Below, piece by piece: positions 19,245 to 29,515 of a DNA stretch of 64,000 nt. The DNA lies in NCBI GenBank assembly GCA_033977065.1, contig JAXCHI010000003.1, forward strand, positions 96,001 through 160,000, in the 5' to 3' direction. The notes beneath the pieces were generated by a model. That model had not been told where the DNA came from and did not search any database. It worked only from the letters and a program-made list of their open reading frames with translations. Each line of letters starts with the position of its first letter. The stretch's first letter is position 1. A program made the translations under genes and the position numbers. Source of the DNA: Candidatus Algichlamydia australiensis (GTDB lineage Bacteria; Chlamydiota; Chlamydiia; Chlamydiales; JAJFMI01).

Positions 19245-20312
19245 ATGATTACAACAAGAAACCTAATTAGACACCTTCCCGCTACAACTGTATTTCAAAA
19301 AAGATGGAATAGTGGCGATAAAAAAATTAAAGGAGTTATGGAGGAGAGTGGCTTTTTATACCAAAGTCCCTCTGAAAAACTAAAAACATTAGCAATGCAT
19401 TCTCGTGAAACTTATCAAGATGCAGGAATTAATGCTAAAAGATTAGAAACTTGTGAATTATTATTTCAAAAGAGGTTAGCACAGAGCGCACCACATATGC
19501 CAATTAAACCTTCTTTGATTTCTGAAAATCCAACATCTGAATTTTGGCACCGACACCATAAAGTACATGCACCGTTTAAAGATAGGACAGTAGAGTGCTT
19601 TCACACCGACAAAGAGCACGCAGTCCAAAATTTATCTAACCTTTTTAAGGAAGGAAAACTATGCATAGAAACCCCAAATGCTTATATCATTACACACGGT
19701 TGTGATAATAACGATGCTGGGCTAAAGGTGCGACTAAACTTAGAAGAGCTTTCAGTTAAAACTCATGGGATTGCCCTTGATATTTCGCTACACGCTTTGT
19801 CAATGTCAAGAGGGTTAGATACCCTTGTAAATGATGTAATGCCTACTTTTTCAAAATCGGATATTGTATTCCATGATCTCTATTCGGAAAACTCTAATAT
19901 TCACTTTCCCTCAAATTTTCAAAAGCTTGCATTAGCCTTTAGACTAACAGCCATATCTCCTATTCAGACGATTGTCTCCCTCACCAAAAAAATTATTTCA
20001 AGTAGTGACTTCTCTATAATAGCTTTTTTATCAGATGATGCTCTTACTATCAGCTCAATAATTGAAAGAGGTTACAAAAAAAAACGGGGAAGTGCTAATC
20101 TATCTGAGAATTTGGTCCTCCCCTACTATCAAGCAAACCAAGGTAGTACTCTGGGAGTGTGGGACGCAGGAAATATTTATAAGCTAGTGGATTTATGTGA
20201 TGGCAAAATCATTACAATGGACTCAGTTCGAGCATCTGACGACCATAACAATCCGATCAACGTAGTGTACGTAATAGTAGAAAATATCAACACAGTAGAA
20301 AGAAAAAGATGA
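19245..20312 (+). CDS. Hypothetical protein with a mitochondrial-presequence-like N-terminus
   Basis: 355-aa AT-rich ORF; MITTRNLIRHLPATTVFQKRWNS. Confidence 0.75.
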   Translation: MITTRNLIRHLPATTVFQKRWNSGDKKIKGVMEESGFLYQSPSEKLKTLAMHSRETYQDAGINAKRLETCELLFQKRLAQSAPHMPIKPSLISENPTSEFWHRHHKVHAPFKDRTVECFHTDKEHAVQNLSNLFKEGKLCIETPNAYIITHGCDNNDAGLKVRLNLEELSVKTHGIALDISLHALSMSRGLDTLVNDVMPTFSKSDIVFHDLYSENSNIHFPSNFQKLALAFRLTAISPIQTIVSLTKKIISSSDFSIIAFLSDDALTISSIIERGYKKKRGSANLSENLVLPYYQANQGSTLGVWDAGNIYKLVDLCDGKIITMDSVRASDDHNNPINVVYVIVENINTVERKR

Positions 20313-20719
20313 TTCAGTACCCAATTAGATTCCTTAGATCATTTAGCAGAGCATACTCTTCTGTGCGGCAAGTGCCGTTAGAGGCTTTTACAAAAAACCG
20401 TTCCGATCTAAATAAGCAAGATAAGTTTTTTCCACCTACTGAGCAAAGGAGAGAAGAGAGCAAAACAACTGAAAAAGAGTGGAATAGATTTATAAAAAAA
20501 CAGCGCGCCAGTATTGATGAAGCCTTTTATTCTCTAAATCCTTCGTCAAAAGAAAAACCTCCAAAATTTTTTCTTAAATCTGCCCCACCAACCTCTGTAA
20601 CCCGGCAAGACACACTTTTTCCATCTGCTGAGCAGCTCGAAGCAGCGGCAAACGATCCAGAAGCCGGAAAAAGTATCCGGGAATGGAATGCGTTTCTCCG
20701 AAAATTAGGTTCTGAATAA
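20309..20719 (+). CDS. Hypothetical protein with a mitochondrial-presequence-like N-terminus and an internal repeat
   Basis: ATGA overlap with the upstream gene; MIQYPIRFLRSFSRAYSS; two FP..EQ...EWN.F..K units. Confidence 0.72.
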   Translation: MIQYPIRFLRSFSRAYSSVRQVPLEAFTKNRSDLNKQDKFFPPTEQRREESKTTEKEWNRFIKKQRASIDEAFYSLNPSSKEKPPKFFLKSAPPTSVTRQDTLFPSAEQLEAAANDPEAGKSIREWNAFLRKLGSE

Positions 20720-20776
20720 GAAACAGGCTCTTAACTCGAGAAAGCTCCTAGACAAAAATTTGATTTAGAAAGGATA

Positions 20777-21460
20777 ATGAAGTCTATGCGAACCATAGCA
20801 CGTCTCTTCGGTAAATCTCCCTTTGCCCCGCTGCAATCTCACATGAAGAAGGTCTCTTCTTGCATTAAAAAATTGAGCGAGATCATCCTTGCGCTCAAAG
20901 AGCAGGAGCAGCAAAAAATCAACCAGTTGGTTTCAGAGCTCTGCGATTTGGAACATGAAGCAGATCTGACCAAAAATGATATTCGCAACCATCTCCCCCG
21001 CTCTCTTTTTCTTCCCATTGATCGCTCTCAAGTCCTAGACATCCTGGCTCTGCAAGACGATATTGCAGATAAGGCAGAAGATATTGGAAACATCCTCGCT
21101 GTGCGACCTCTCCCAAAGATGAAAGAGATGGTCGGCCAGTTCACACAATTTTTTGAAAAAAATATTGAGGCTTTCTGGGATGTCCGCAATATCTTAAAAG
21201 AGATGGGCGAACTTTTAGAATCCTCTTTTGGTGGTGCTGAAGCCCAAAAGGTAAAAAAGATGGTGGAAAACACCTCTTTTAAAGAGCATGAAGCAGATGT
21301 AATGAAACGCCAAATATTAAAAGAATTTTTCGGCTTTGCCGACACATTAAAACCCACCGACTTCTACCTCTGGATCAACTTGATCGAAGAAGTCGGATCT
21401 CTCTCTCACCTGTCAGAGAGCTTAGCAAACCGCATTCGTATGATCCTGGAGCTAAAATAA
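20777..21460 (+). CDS. DUF47/TIGR00153 phosphate transport regulator
   Basis: LFGKSPFAPLQSH; LEHEAD; QDDIADKAED; precedes pit. Confidence 0.9.
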   Translation: MKSMRTIARLFGKSPFAPLQSHMKKVSSCIKKLSEIILALKEQEQQKINQLVSELCDLEHEADLTKNDIRNHLPRSLFLPIDRSQVLDILALQDDIADKAEDIGNILAVRPLPKMKEMVGQFTQFFEKNIEAFWDVRNILKEMGELLESSFGGAEAQKVKKMVENTSFKEHEADVMKRQILKEFFGFADTLKPTDFYLWINLIEEVGSLSHLSESLANRIRMILELK

Positions 21461-21469
21461 TTTCACGCT

Positions 21470-22906
21470 ATGCCCTTTGAGCTCTTGCTTACAATTCTCG
21501 TCTTAGCCGTCGGTTTCTACATGGCGTGGAACATCGGGGCAAACGATGTAGCCAATGCAATGGGAACCTCTGTTGGTTCAGGTGCACTTACCTTGGCAAA
21601 GGCGGTTTTCATCGCGGGAATTTTAGAATTTTGTGGTGCCTATTTTCTGGGCTCCAGCGTTTCTGAAACAATGCAGCGAGGCATTGTCGACCCCCAACTC
21701 TTTGCAAACGATCCCAAAACTTTCCTTTTTGGCATGCTGGCCGCCCTTCTTGCAACGGCTGTTTGGCTCCAAATCGCCTCCTATTTTGGCTGGCCTGTCT
21801 CCACAACTCACGCTATCGTTGGTGCAATTCTTGGATTTGGAGCAATTGTAGCAGGTTTCCATACAGTTAAATGGAGTGTTGTTGGGTCGATTGCCCTGAG
21901 TTGGGTCATCTCTCCACTTATTTCGGGTATCATCGCCTTTTTGATCTTCTCGCTTATTCAACGCAACGTTCTCTATGCGATGAAACCCTTTCATGCCGCA
22001 AGAGTTTTGATTCCCTACCTTCTGTTTTTTACTTTCTTCACTTTCTCTTTTAGCTCCCTTTCTGACGGAATTAAGAATTTAAATTTGCATTTTACCCTCC
22101 TCTCTACACTATTCATTGCGCTAGGTATTGGCCTGCTTGCTTTCCTCATCGGACTTATTTTTCTTCGGGGGAAAAAACCTCCAGAGAGTCATGCAGAAGT
22201 CCCCCACTTGCGCTATGCTTACCAAGCGACCTCTCTTGCCAAAGCTGCTAAACATCTGGGACGCGTTAAGCTATCGAGCTCTGGAGAGACCCGTGATGAG
22301 CTTGAGCAACTGCATGAGCGCGTGAGAGCAATGCGCAAAGAACTTTCAGAAAAATCGCAAACACGCTCCCACAGTTCGGAGTACACCTCAGTTGAAAAAA
22401 TGTTTGCCTATTTGCAAATCATTAGCGCCTGCTTTGTCGCCTTTGCTCACGGCACAAATGATGTGGCCAACGCCATCGGTCCTGTTGCTGCTATCTTAGA
22501 AGTTGTACGTACAGGAGGCGTTGCCATCTCAGGTCAAATTCCTTCCTGGCTTCTTGCCTTTGGCGGATTTGGAATTGTAGTCGGACTTGCTACTTGGGGG
22601 TGGCGCGTGATTGAAACCATCGGCCGAAAAATCACAGAGCTCACTCCTACTCGCGGCTTTTCAGCAGAATTTGGTGCCGCTTCTACAATCTTGATCGCTT
22701 CAAAAATGGGCTTACCTGTCTCTACCACGCACTGCATTGTTGGGGCTGTTCTCGGTGTTGGCCTTGCTCGAGGAATCTCAGCTCTTAATCTCCGCATGCT
22801 GCGCGACATTGTCCTCTCTTGGATTGTCACACTGCCATCAAGCGCTCTTGCCTGTATCGTCTTTTATTATGTGATAAAAGCTCTCTTCACTCCGCTATTT
22901 TCATAG
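21470..22906 (+). CDS. pit: Inorganic phosphate transporter, PiT family
   Basis: GANDVANAMG; PVSTTH twice; HGTNDVANA. Confidence 0.95.
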   Translation: MPFELLLTILVLAVGFYMAWNIGANDVANAMGTSVGSGALTLAKAVFIAGILEFCGAYFLGSSVSETMQRGIVDPQLFANDPKTFLFGMLAALLATAVWLQIASYFGWPVSTTHAIVGAILGFGAIVAGFHTVKWSVVGSIALSWVISPLISGIIAFLIFSLIQRNVLYAMKPFHAARVLIPYLLFFTFFTFSFSSLSDGIKNLNLHFTLLSTLFIALGIGLLAFLIGLIFLRGKKPPESHAEVPHLRYAYQATSLAKAAKHLGRVKLSSSGETRDELEQLHERVRAMRKELSEKSQTRSHSSEYTSVEKMFAYLQIISACFVAFAHGTNDVANAIGPVAAILEVVRTGGVAISGQIPSWLLAFGGFGIVVGLATWGWRVIETIGRKITELTPTRGFSAEFGAASTILIASKMGLPVSTTHCIVGAVLGVGLARGISALNLRMLRDIVLSWIVTLPSSALACIVFYYVIKALFTPLFS

Positions 22907-23036
22907 TGTTAATTATTTTAACATTTGAAAACTAGTGGCTTGCGATTTTCACCCCTCTGCACAAAATATGCTATTTCTAGATATTGTGCAGAGCAAATTC
23001 TTGCTTTTCCAATCTTTATTAGGTAAAGCAGAGGGT

Positions 23037-25583
23037 ATGGACTCTCTTACGCAGCTACAAGGCGAAAACTTTATTCATAAGATTAAACACTACCTCATTA
23101 CGACGATGGGAGTAACAAGCAATGAAGCGACAGATCAAGAATTCTATCGCGCTTTTTGCCAAGCTTTTCGCGAAGAGATCATGATTAACTGGACGGCGAA
23201 TAAACACACGTTTATGAAGACGCGCTGTCGCAGAGTATTCTATATTTCCATGGAGTATATGCCGGGACGGCAGCTCTCAAATAACATCGTGAACATTTGC
23301 TCATCTGACATTGTTCGCTACGTTTTGAAAAAGATGGATCGCGATCTAGGAAAGTTAATGCGCATGGAGAGCGACATTGGCATTGGCAACGGAGGGTTAG
23401 GACGGCTAGCATCGTGCTTTATGGATTCCCTAGCAACGCAGCAGTACCCCGCCCTTGGATATGGGATGCGCTATCAATATGGAATTTTTGAACAGGAGGT
23501 CTGGTGTGGCGTACAAGTTGAGAGGCCTGACTGCTGGCTCTTATATGAAAACCCCTGGGAGTTCCGACGTGATAATCATGCGGTAGCGATTAAGTTTGAT
23601 GGTCGAATAACTGGAAAAAAAAATAAAGCCGGTGAAGAGGTGTTTGATATCTCTGATCATGAAGAGGTACGCGCACTCCCCTTTGATCTACCGATTATCG
23701 GCTACCGCGAATCCCCCGATTTTTCTGTTCTCACTTTGCGCATCTGGTCGACTAAAGAATCGCCTCGCAACTTTGAACTGCAGCGCTTTAATGCAGGACA
23801 GCTAGGACCTGCAGGAGAAAATACAGCCTTAACTGACGTTCTCTACCCTAATGATAACCACGAATTAGGCAAGCGCATGCGTCTTAAGCAGGAGTTTTTA
23901 CTCTCTTCTGCATCATTGCAAGATATCATCGGTATCCATCTACACACGTTTGGCAATATGGATCAGTTTGCCGACAAAACACGTGTGCAAATTAATGATA
24001 CACACCCTGCTCTTTGCGTCGGTGAGCTCATGCGCCTTCTGATGCACCACCATGATTTTTCGTGGAAGGCAGCTTTTGAGGCGACATCTGAAGTCCTAAG
24101 CTACACCAACCATACGGTGTTAAAAGAGGCGTTAGAAGAGTGGAATATCGATCGTGTGCGCACTCTTTTGCCAAGGCAGTACCAAATTATTGAGCGCCTC
24201 AACGAACAATTTGTCACAAAGGTGCGCTCCCGCTTCCCCGGGGATGAAGAGCGAGTTCGTCGTATGTCCTTTATCGAGAGTGGCCAGATTCGCATGGCCA
24301 ACCTCTCTATTTACGGTTCACACCATGTGAATGGTGTTGCCAAACTTCATACAGAAATCTTAAAAGCGGACATGTTTCAAGACTTTTATGAGATGATGCC
24401 CGAAAAGTTTTTAGCCGTAACCAATGGTGTGACACAGAGGCGTTGGCTTCTTCTCTGCAATCCAGAACTCTCTCACTTCATTATAAAACGCATCGGCTCT
24501 GGATGGATTCAAAATTTTGAAGAGATTGCTAAACTGGCCGATTTTGCAGACAAGGAAGAGGATCAAAAAGAGTTTTTAGAGATCAAGAAAAAGCGCAAAG
24601 AGCTTTTTTTAGAGCATCTGACCCAAGAGATGGAAAAGCGTCACTGGTCAGGGTTTGAAAGCAATCATTTGCTTGGAACAGACGCCCTCTTTGATGTACA
24701 AATCAAACGCTTTCATGAGTACAAACGTCAATTGATGAATGTTTTGCACACACTCATCCTCTACCAAGAACTTGCAGAAAACCCCGAAGCGCGAACCGTT
24801 CCGCGGATGGTCTTTATTGGCGGAAAAGCAGCACCAGGTTATGAAACAGTCAAACATGTCTTGCGCCTGATTTACTGCGTAGCACGCAAGATCAATCAAA
24901 GTGAAATTGTGCGTAAAAAGTTGCGCCTCATCTTTGTAGAAAACTATAACGTCTCAAATGCGGAAATGATCATCCCCGCCTCCGATCTCTCTGAACAGAT
25001 CTCTACTGCGGGTATGGAAGCCTCAGGAACAGGAAATATGAAACTCTCCATAAACGGCTCTCTTACAATCGGCACCGATGATGGAGCCAACGTAGAGATG
25101 CACGCAGCAGTTACCGATCAGTGGTGGCCTTTCCAGTTTGGAGCTAGCGCTGCAGAGAATACGCGGGCTCTTCAAGAAGGGAGTTACGATCCACAAGAAA
25201 TTATTATGCACAACCCGCATATCCAAAAGGCTTTAGACGCTCTTCTTGATGGATCATTAACAGAAAACGACGCTGAAGCGGAAAACTTGCGCCACCTCCA
25301 CCACCTTTTAACACAAAGCGATCGCTACTTTGTCCTAAAAGATCTTGTTCCCTACTACGAAACGCAAAAACGCGTCGAAGAACTTTTTCAAACTCCCCTA
25401 AAATGGGCACAGTACGCACTACATAATATTGCTGGCATGGGCTCGTTCTCTTCAGATGAGTCGATCCGCAACTATGCAGAAAAGATTTGGCAAGTTGAGC
25501 CAGTACCTGTAGATCTAGAAGAACTCAAGCGCGTCCGTGAAGAGTATAGCGAGCACGACAAGTGCCGTATTCTTCCAGGATAA
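23037..25583 (+). CDS. glgP: Glycogen phosphorylase
   Basis: GNGGLGRLASCF; INDTHP; KRFHEYKRQ; EASGTGNMK; start set at ATG 23037. Confidence 0.97.
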   Translation: MDSLTQLQGENFIHKIKHYLITTMGVTSNEATDQEFYRAFCQAFREEIMINWTANKHTFMKTRCRRVFYISMEYMPGRQLSNNIVNICSSDIVRYVLKKMDRDLGKLMRMESDIGIGNGGLGRLASCFMDSLATQQYPALGYGMRYQYGIFEQEVWCGVQVERPDCWLLYENPWEFRRDNHAVAIKFDGRITGKKNKAGEEVFDISDHEEVRALPFDLPIIGYRESPDFSVLTLRIWSTKESPRNFELQRFNAGQLGPAGENTALTDVLYPNDNHELGKRMRLKQEFLLSSASLQDIIGIHLHTFGNMDQFADKTRVQINDTHPALCVGELMRLLMHHHDFSWKAAFEATSEVLSYTNHTVLKEALEEWNIDRVRTLLPRQYQIIERLNEQFVTKVRSRFPGDEERVRRMSFIESGQIRMANLSIYGSHHVNGVAKLHTEILKADMFQDFYEMMPEKFLAVTNGVTQRRWLLLCNPELSHFIIKRIGSGWIQNFEEIAKLADFADKEEDQKEFLEIKKKRKELFLEHLTQEMEKRHWSGFESNHLLGTDALFDVQIKRFHEYKRQLMNVLHTLILYQELAENPEARTVPRMVFIGGKAAPGYETVKHVLRLIYCVARKINQSEIVRKKLRLIFVENYNVSNAEMIIPASDLSEQISTAGMEASGTGNMKLSINGSLTIGTDDGANVEMHAAVTDQWWPFQFGASAAENTRALQEGSYDPQEIIMHNPHIQKALDALLDGSLTENDAEAENLRHLHHLLTQSDRYFVLKDLVPYYETQKRVEELFQTPLKWAQYALHNIAGMGSFSSDESIRNYAEKIWQVEPVPVDLEELKRVREEYSEHDKCRILPG

Positions 25584-25606
25584 CGGCTTTAAAAATAGAC
25601 AATTAT

Positions 25607-26350
25607 CTACTGTTTTTCAGGAATGAGATCCCACTTTGCAAGAAGCTTTTTAAAGTTGCTCTCGTGCTGGAGTTTATCTAGGCCGCGGTTGAAGCGATAC
25701 ATAAGCTCGGGCTCCTCATCTTTAAGTGTCACAAGGCGAAGACCGTCGTTGCCAAAAGGGCCTAATACTATTTTGAGTTGTCCCTTGTAAAGATCTTCAA
25801 TATAGCCAATGGCAGCAAGGTTTGGTACCATCACTCCATCGTAATGACCGAATTCTACTTTGCTTAACGCTTCGGGAAGAGATTCAAAAAAGCGGATAAG
25901 TACATCTTTATGCGATTCCACAATCTGTGCTGCTTCTGTGTGCATCTCAACTGCCACAGATTTGCCCTTCATATCTTTCCAAGACTTCACTTTCTCTTTC
26001 TGCCGCACAATCAGCACAGAGCCCGTATTGATGATACGGTCGGAAAAAGAGAATTCATCTTTTGTGATGAGATTGACCGGAAGACCGGAAAGAATCCCCT
26101 CATAGAGTCCTTTTTGCAAACCATCCACAACATTATCCCAACTCATTGTGATGCGAACAAATTCGATTCTCTCTTTTCTTCCTATTTTTTTTAGTAAATC
26201 ATTTGTAAAAGCGAATACATTATAATCTTTTCCTAAAAGTTCAAGAGGAAAGAAACTAGGATCTACCCCAATACGATAGACTTTTCCTCTTGGTGAGCAG
26301 GAAAAAGTCACGAGTAGAAGAAGTAATAAAGATAATGTAATTCGTTTCAT
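25607..26350 (-). CDS. Amino-acid ABC substrate-binding lipoprotein (SBP family 3)
   Basis: Lipobox TFSC; RIGVDPSFFP; no adjacent permease. Confidence 0.85.
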   Translation of the reverse strand: MKRITLSLLLLLLVTFSCSPRGKVYRIGVDPSFFPLELLGKDYNVFAFTNDLLKKIGRKERIEFVRITMSWDNVVDGLQKGLYEGILSGLPVNLITKDEFSFSDRIINTGSVLIVRQKEKVKSWKDMKGKSVAVEMHTEAAQIVESHKDVLIRFFESLPEALSKVEFGHYDGVMVPNLAAIGYIEDLYKGQLKIVLGPFGNDGLRLVTLKDEEPELMYRFNRGLDKLQHESNFKKLLAKWDLIPEKQ

Positions 26351-26401
26351 AATCTTATTTTGCACAGTAACATAGGCATACCTCTTTCGAAAAGTGGATT
26401 G

Positions 26402-26431
26402 TTGACAAGGAGATTCAAAAATCAGTACGAT
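26402..26431 (+). promoter_or_regulatory. Putative promoter of fcl-gmd
   Basis: TTGACA-N18-TACGAT, 32 nt before the fcl ATG. Confidence 0.45.
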
Positions 26432-26463
26432 GCCTCATTAAAGCTTAAAGTCGAAGGCTTGAA

Positions 26464-27450
26464 ATGAAAAAGTTTATTCTAGGGTTGATCGTATTCGCAT
26501 TTCCCCTAATTGCAGGTGAAATCCCACGCGACGCAAAGGTTTATGTTGCTGGTCATAGAGGTCTTGTGGGCAGCGCTATTATGCGTCATCTGAAAGAGGA
26601 AGGATTTACAAATATTATAACCCGTACTTCAAGCGAACTCGATTTGCGCGACCAAAAGGCTGCTAATGATTTTTTTGCAAAAGAGAAGCCTGAGTACGTC
26701 TTTCTTGCAGCAGCTAAAGTAGGCGGAATTTTGGGAAATTGTTCTGCGCAAGCCGAATTTCTCTATAACAACTTGATGATTGCGACGAGCACTATCAAAG
26801 CAGCTCATAATCATGGTGTAAAGCGCTTTATTAACCTCGGCTCCTCTTGCATCTATCCCCGCATGTGCCCGCAACCAATTAAAGAAGAGTACTTACTAAC
26901 AGGCGCTTTGGAAGAGACTAACTACGGCTATGCCATTGCAAAAATTGCAGCGATCAAACTTTGCAAAGCACTAAATGTGGAAAATAAAACGCGTTTTATC
27001 TCAATTATGCCGTGTAACTTATATGGTCCAAACGACAACTATGACCCCAAGACAAGCCATCTCTTTCCTGCAATGATTCGTAAAATTGTCGAGGCAAAAG
27101 AGAATGGGGATCCTACTTTTGTTATGTGGGGAACAGGAAGTCCAAAGCGCGAATTTATGCACTCTGATGATGTAGCACGCGCTTCTCTCTTTTTAATGGA
27201 AAATTACGATGGCGATGAGATTGTAAACATTGGCTGGGGAAAAGATATCTCTGTGCTCGACTTCACCAATATGGTCAAAGAAGCTGTTGGGTATGAGGGC
27301 GAAATTGTTCTTGATCCCACAAAGCCTGATGGAACTCCACGAAAAATCATGGATGTCTCTCGCTTAAAATCTTTAGGTTTTGAGCCGAAAATTTCTTTGA
27401 GAGAGGGCATTGAGAGAACTGTACAAGATTTTCTTAAGGAGCATCGATGA
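26464..27450 (+). CDS. fcl: GDP-L-fucose synthase with an N-terminal signal-peptide-like extension
   Basis: [39 protein letters not shown]. Confidence 0.95.
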   Translation: MKKFILGLIVFAFPLIAGEIPRDAKVYVAGHRGLVGSAIMRHLKEEGFTNIITRTSSELDLRDQKAANDFFAKEKPEYVFLAAAKVGGILGNCSAQAEFLYNNLMIATSTIKAAHNHGVKRFINLGSSCIYPRMCPQPIKEEYLLTGALEETNYGYAIAKIAAIKLCKALNVENKTRFISIMPCNLYGPNDNYDPKTSHLFPAMIRKIVEAKENGDPTFVMWGTGSPKREFMHSDDVARASLFLMENYDGDEIVNIGWGKDISVLDFTNMVKEAVGYEGEIVLDPTKPDGTPRKIMDVSRLKSLGFEPKISLREGIERTVQDFLKEHR

Positions 27451-28535
27451 GAAAGGTTTGGCTTTTCTTTCTTCTCCCTCTTGCTCTTTTTGCACAGAAA
27501 AAGGCGATCATCTTCGGTATTACAGGCCAAGATGGCGCCTATCTAGCAGAATTTCTATTAGAAAAGGGCTACGAAGTGCACGGTGTAAAGCGCCGTGCCT
27601 CTTTTCGTAATACACAGCGCGTTGACCATATTTACGAAGAGCCGCAGGCAAAATCAAGGCACTTCTATCTCCACTATGGGGATGTTACAGATGCCCTTGG
27701 TATTGCAAAACTCGTTCATCAAATTGAACCCGATGAGATCTACAACCTAGCAGCCCAAAGCCATGTGCGCCTCTCATTTGAGATCCCTGACTACACAAAT
27801 GATGTCAATGCAGGCGGTCCTTTGCGCATACTAGAAGCGATCCACGCTCTGGGAATGGAAGATAAAGTCCGTTTTTATCAAGCTTCTACAAGCGAGATGT
27901 TTGGAGCCGCGTCTCCTCCTCAAAACGAGCAGACGCTTTTTTATCCAAGATCCCCTTATGCTGTTAGCAAACTTGCTGGGCACTGGCACACAATCAATTA
28001 CCGTGAAGCTTACGGTATCTTTGCTTGCAGTGGGATTCTGTTTAATCACGAATCACCAAGACGTGGCGAGACCTTTCTCTCTCACAAAGTGACAAAAGCT
28101 GCTGCACGCATTAGTAAAGGCCTGCAAGAAAAACTCTATATCGGCAATCTCAATGCGCGCCGCGACTGGGGATATGCACTGGATTATGTCGAAGCCATGT
28201 GGTTGATGCTCCAGCAAAATAATCCTGACGACTATGTGATTGCAACAGGAGAATCGCACTCTGTTCGCGAATTTTGTGAACTCGCTTTTTCATTTGTAGG
28301 TATTGATCTTGCCTGGAAAGGAGAAGGTCTTGATGAAGTGGGTTACGACCGCAAAACAGGACGAATTATTATCGAGATTGATGAGCGCTACTTCAGACCA
28401 ACAGAGGTTGATTTCTTACGCGGTGACCCTTCTAAAGCAATCAAAAAACTCGGTTGGAATCCACAAAAAACTTCGTTTAAAGAGCTTGTGGAGTTAATGG
28501 TGCGACATAATTTAGAAGAGATTGTAGACGTATAA
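27447..28535 (+). CDS. gmd: GDP-mannose 4,6-dehydratase with an N-terminal signal-peptide-like extension
   Basis: [48 protein letters not shown]. Confidence 0.96.
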   Translation: MRKVWLFFLLPLALFAQKKAIIFGITGQDGAYLAEFLLEKGYEVHGVKRRASFRNTQRVDHIYEEPQAKSRHFYLHYGDVTDALGIAKLVHQIEPDEIYNLAAQSHVRLSFEIPDYTNDVNAGGPLRILEAIHALGMEDKVRFYQASTSEMFGAASPPQNEQTLFYPRSPYAVSKLAGHWHTINYREAYGIFACSGILFNHESPRRGETFLSHKVTKAAARISKGLQEKLYIGNLNARRDWGYALDYVEAMWLMLQQNNPDDYVIATGESHSVREFCELAFSFVGIDLAWKGEGLDEVGYDRKTGRIIIEIDERYFRPTEVDFLRGDPSKAIKKLGWNPQKTSFKELVELMVRHNLEEIVDV

Positions 28536-28561
28536 ATTATTTTTTTGATAGTTTGGGGCCG

Positions 28562-29515
28562 ATGTTAAAAAAAATATTATATATTGGTCTATTTGCTCTT
28601 TTTACTACAGGGTGCGCGAAAAAGGAGGGGTTTGCCGTACGTAAAATCACCTCTTCCCATGCGCCAAATGAAAAGTGGGAAACCGAAGCCATTAGCGGTG
28701 ATCAGCTCGAAGAGCTGAAAACTCTTTTTGACGAGCCTTTTTACTACTTGGCAAAAGGGTGCCAATCCTACGCTTTTGTCTCAGCAGATGGGAAAACAGT
28801 TCTCAAGTTTTTTCGCCAGCGTCGCTTGGGGCGCCACACATGGCAAAACGCGCTTCCTCTTCCTCACTCCTTAATGAAAGGGTATGCGAAAAAATTTGAG
28901 GAGGGTCTTGCGCAGAGGGAAAAAGAGTTTTCTGGTTATAAAGAGGCTTTTGAAAACTTGCGAGATGAGACGGGACTTGTCTACCTCCATTTAAATCCTA
29001 CTCACGAGCTCTTAAACAAAAAAGTAACCCTTTATTATAAAAATAAGCGCGTTGACGTAATCGATATCGACAAGTTTGAATTTGTTTTACAAAAGCGCGC
29101 TATACTTGGCTTTGATCATTTAGAAGATCTCATGAAGAGAGGAGAACAGAGGCGCGCTCTTAACTCTATCTGTTCGTTTGTCAACCTGATCATCAACCGC
29201 TGCCAAAAAGGTTATGCTGACTATGACCAACAATTCTCTAAAAATTTTGGTTTTATAAATGACCAAGCAATTGAAATTGATATTGGCTACCTAGAAAAAG
29301 ACCCCTCCATGAAAAGTGCGGATAAATGCCAGACTGAAGTAGAATCGGTAACCGAGTGGGTTTTAAATTGGTTTTATGAAAATCATCCCGAAACCCTACC
29401 AAGAGTAAAAGAGATCATCAAAAGAACCGTTAATGAAAAATGCGCTTGTCAAGGGAGCGATCTCTCTACACAAACTCTGCCAACCCAAGAGGAATCCTCT
29501 TCACAATCCGACTAG
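28562..29515 (+). CDS. Lipoprotein with a protein-kinase-like fold
   Basis: Lipobox TTGC; LAKGCQSYAF..VLKFF; D-x5-N (DQQFSKN) and IDIG motifs. Confidence 0.6.
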   Translation: MLKKILYIGLFALFTTGCAKKEGFAVRKITSSHAPNEKWETEAISGDQLEELKTLFDEPFYYLAKGCQSYAFVSADGKTVLKFFRQRRLGRHTWQNALPLPHSLMKGYAKKFEEGLAQREKEFSGYKEAFENLRDETGLVYLHLNPTHELLNKKVTLYYKNKRVDVIDIDKFEFVLQKRAILGFDHLEDLMKRGEQRRALNSICSFVNLIINRCQKGYADYDQQFSKNFGFINDQAIEIDIGYLEKDPSMKSADKCQTEVESVTEWVLNWFYENHPETLPRVKEIIKRTVNEKCACQGSDLSTQTLPTQEESSSQSD

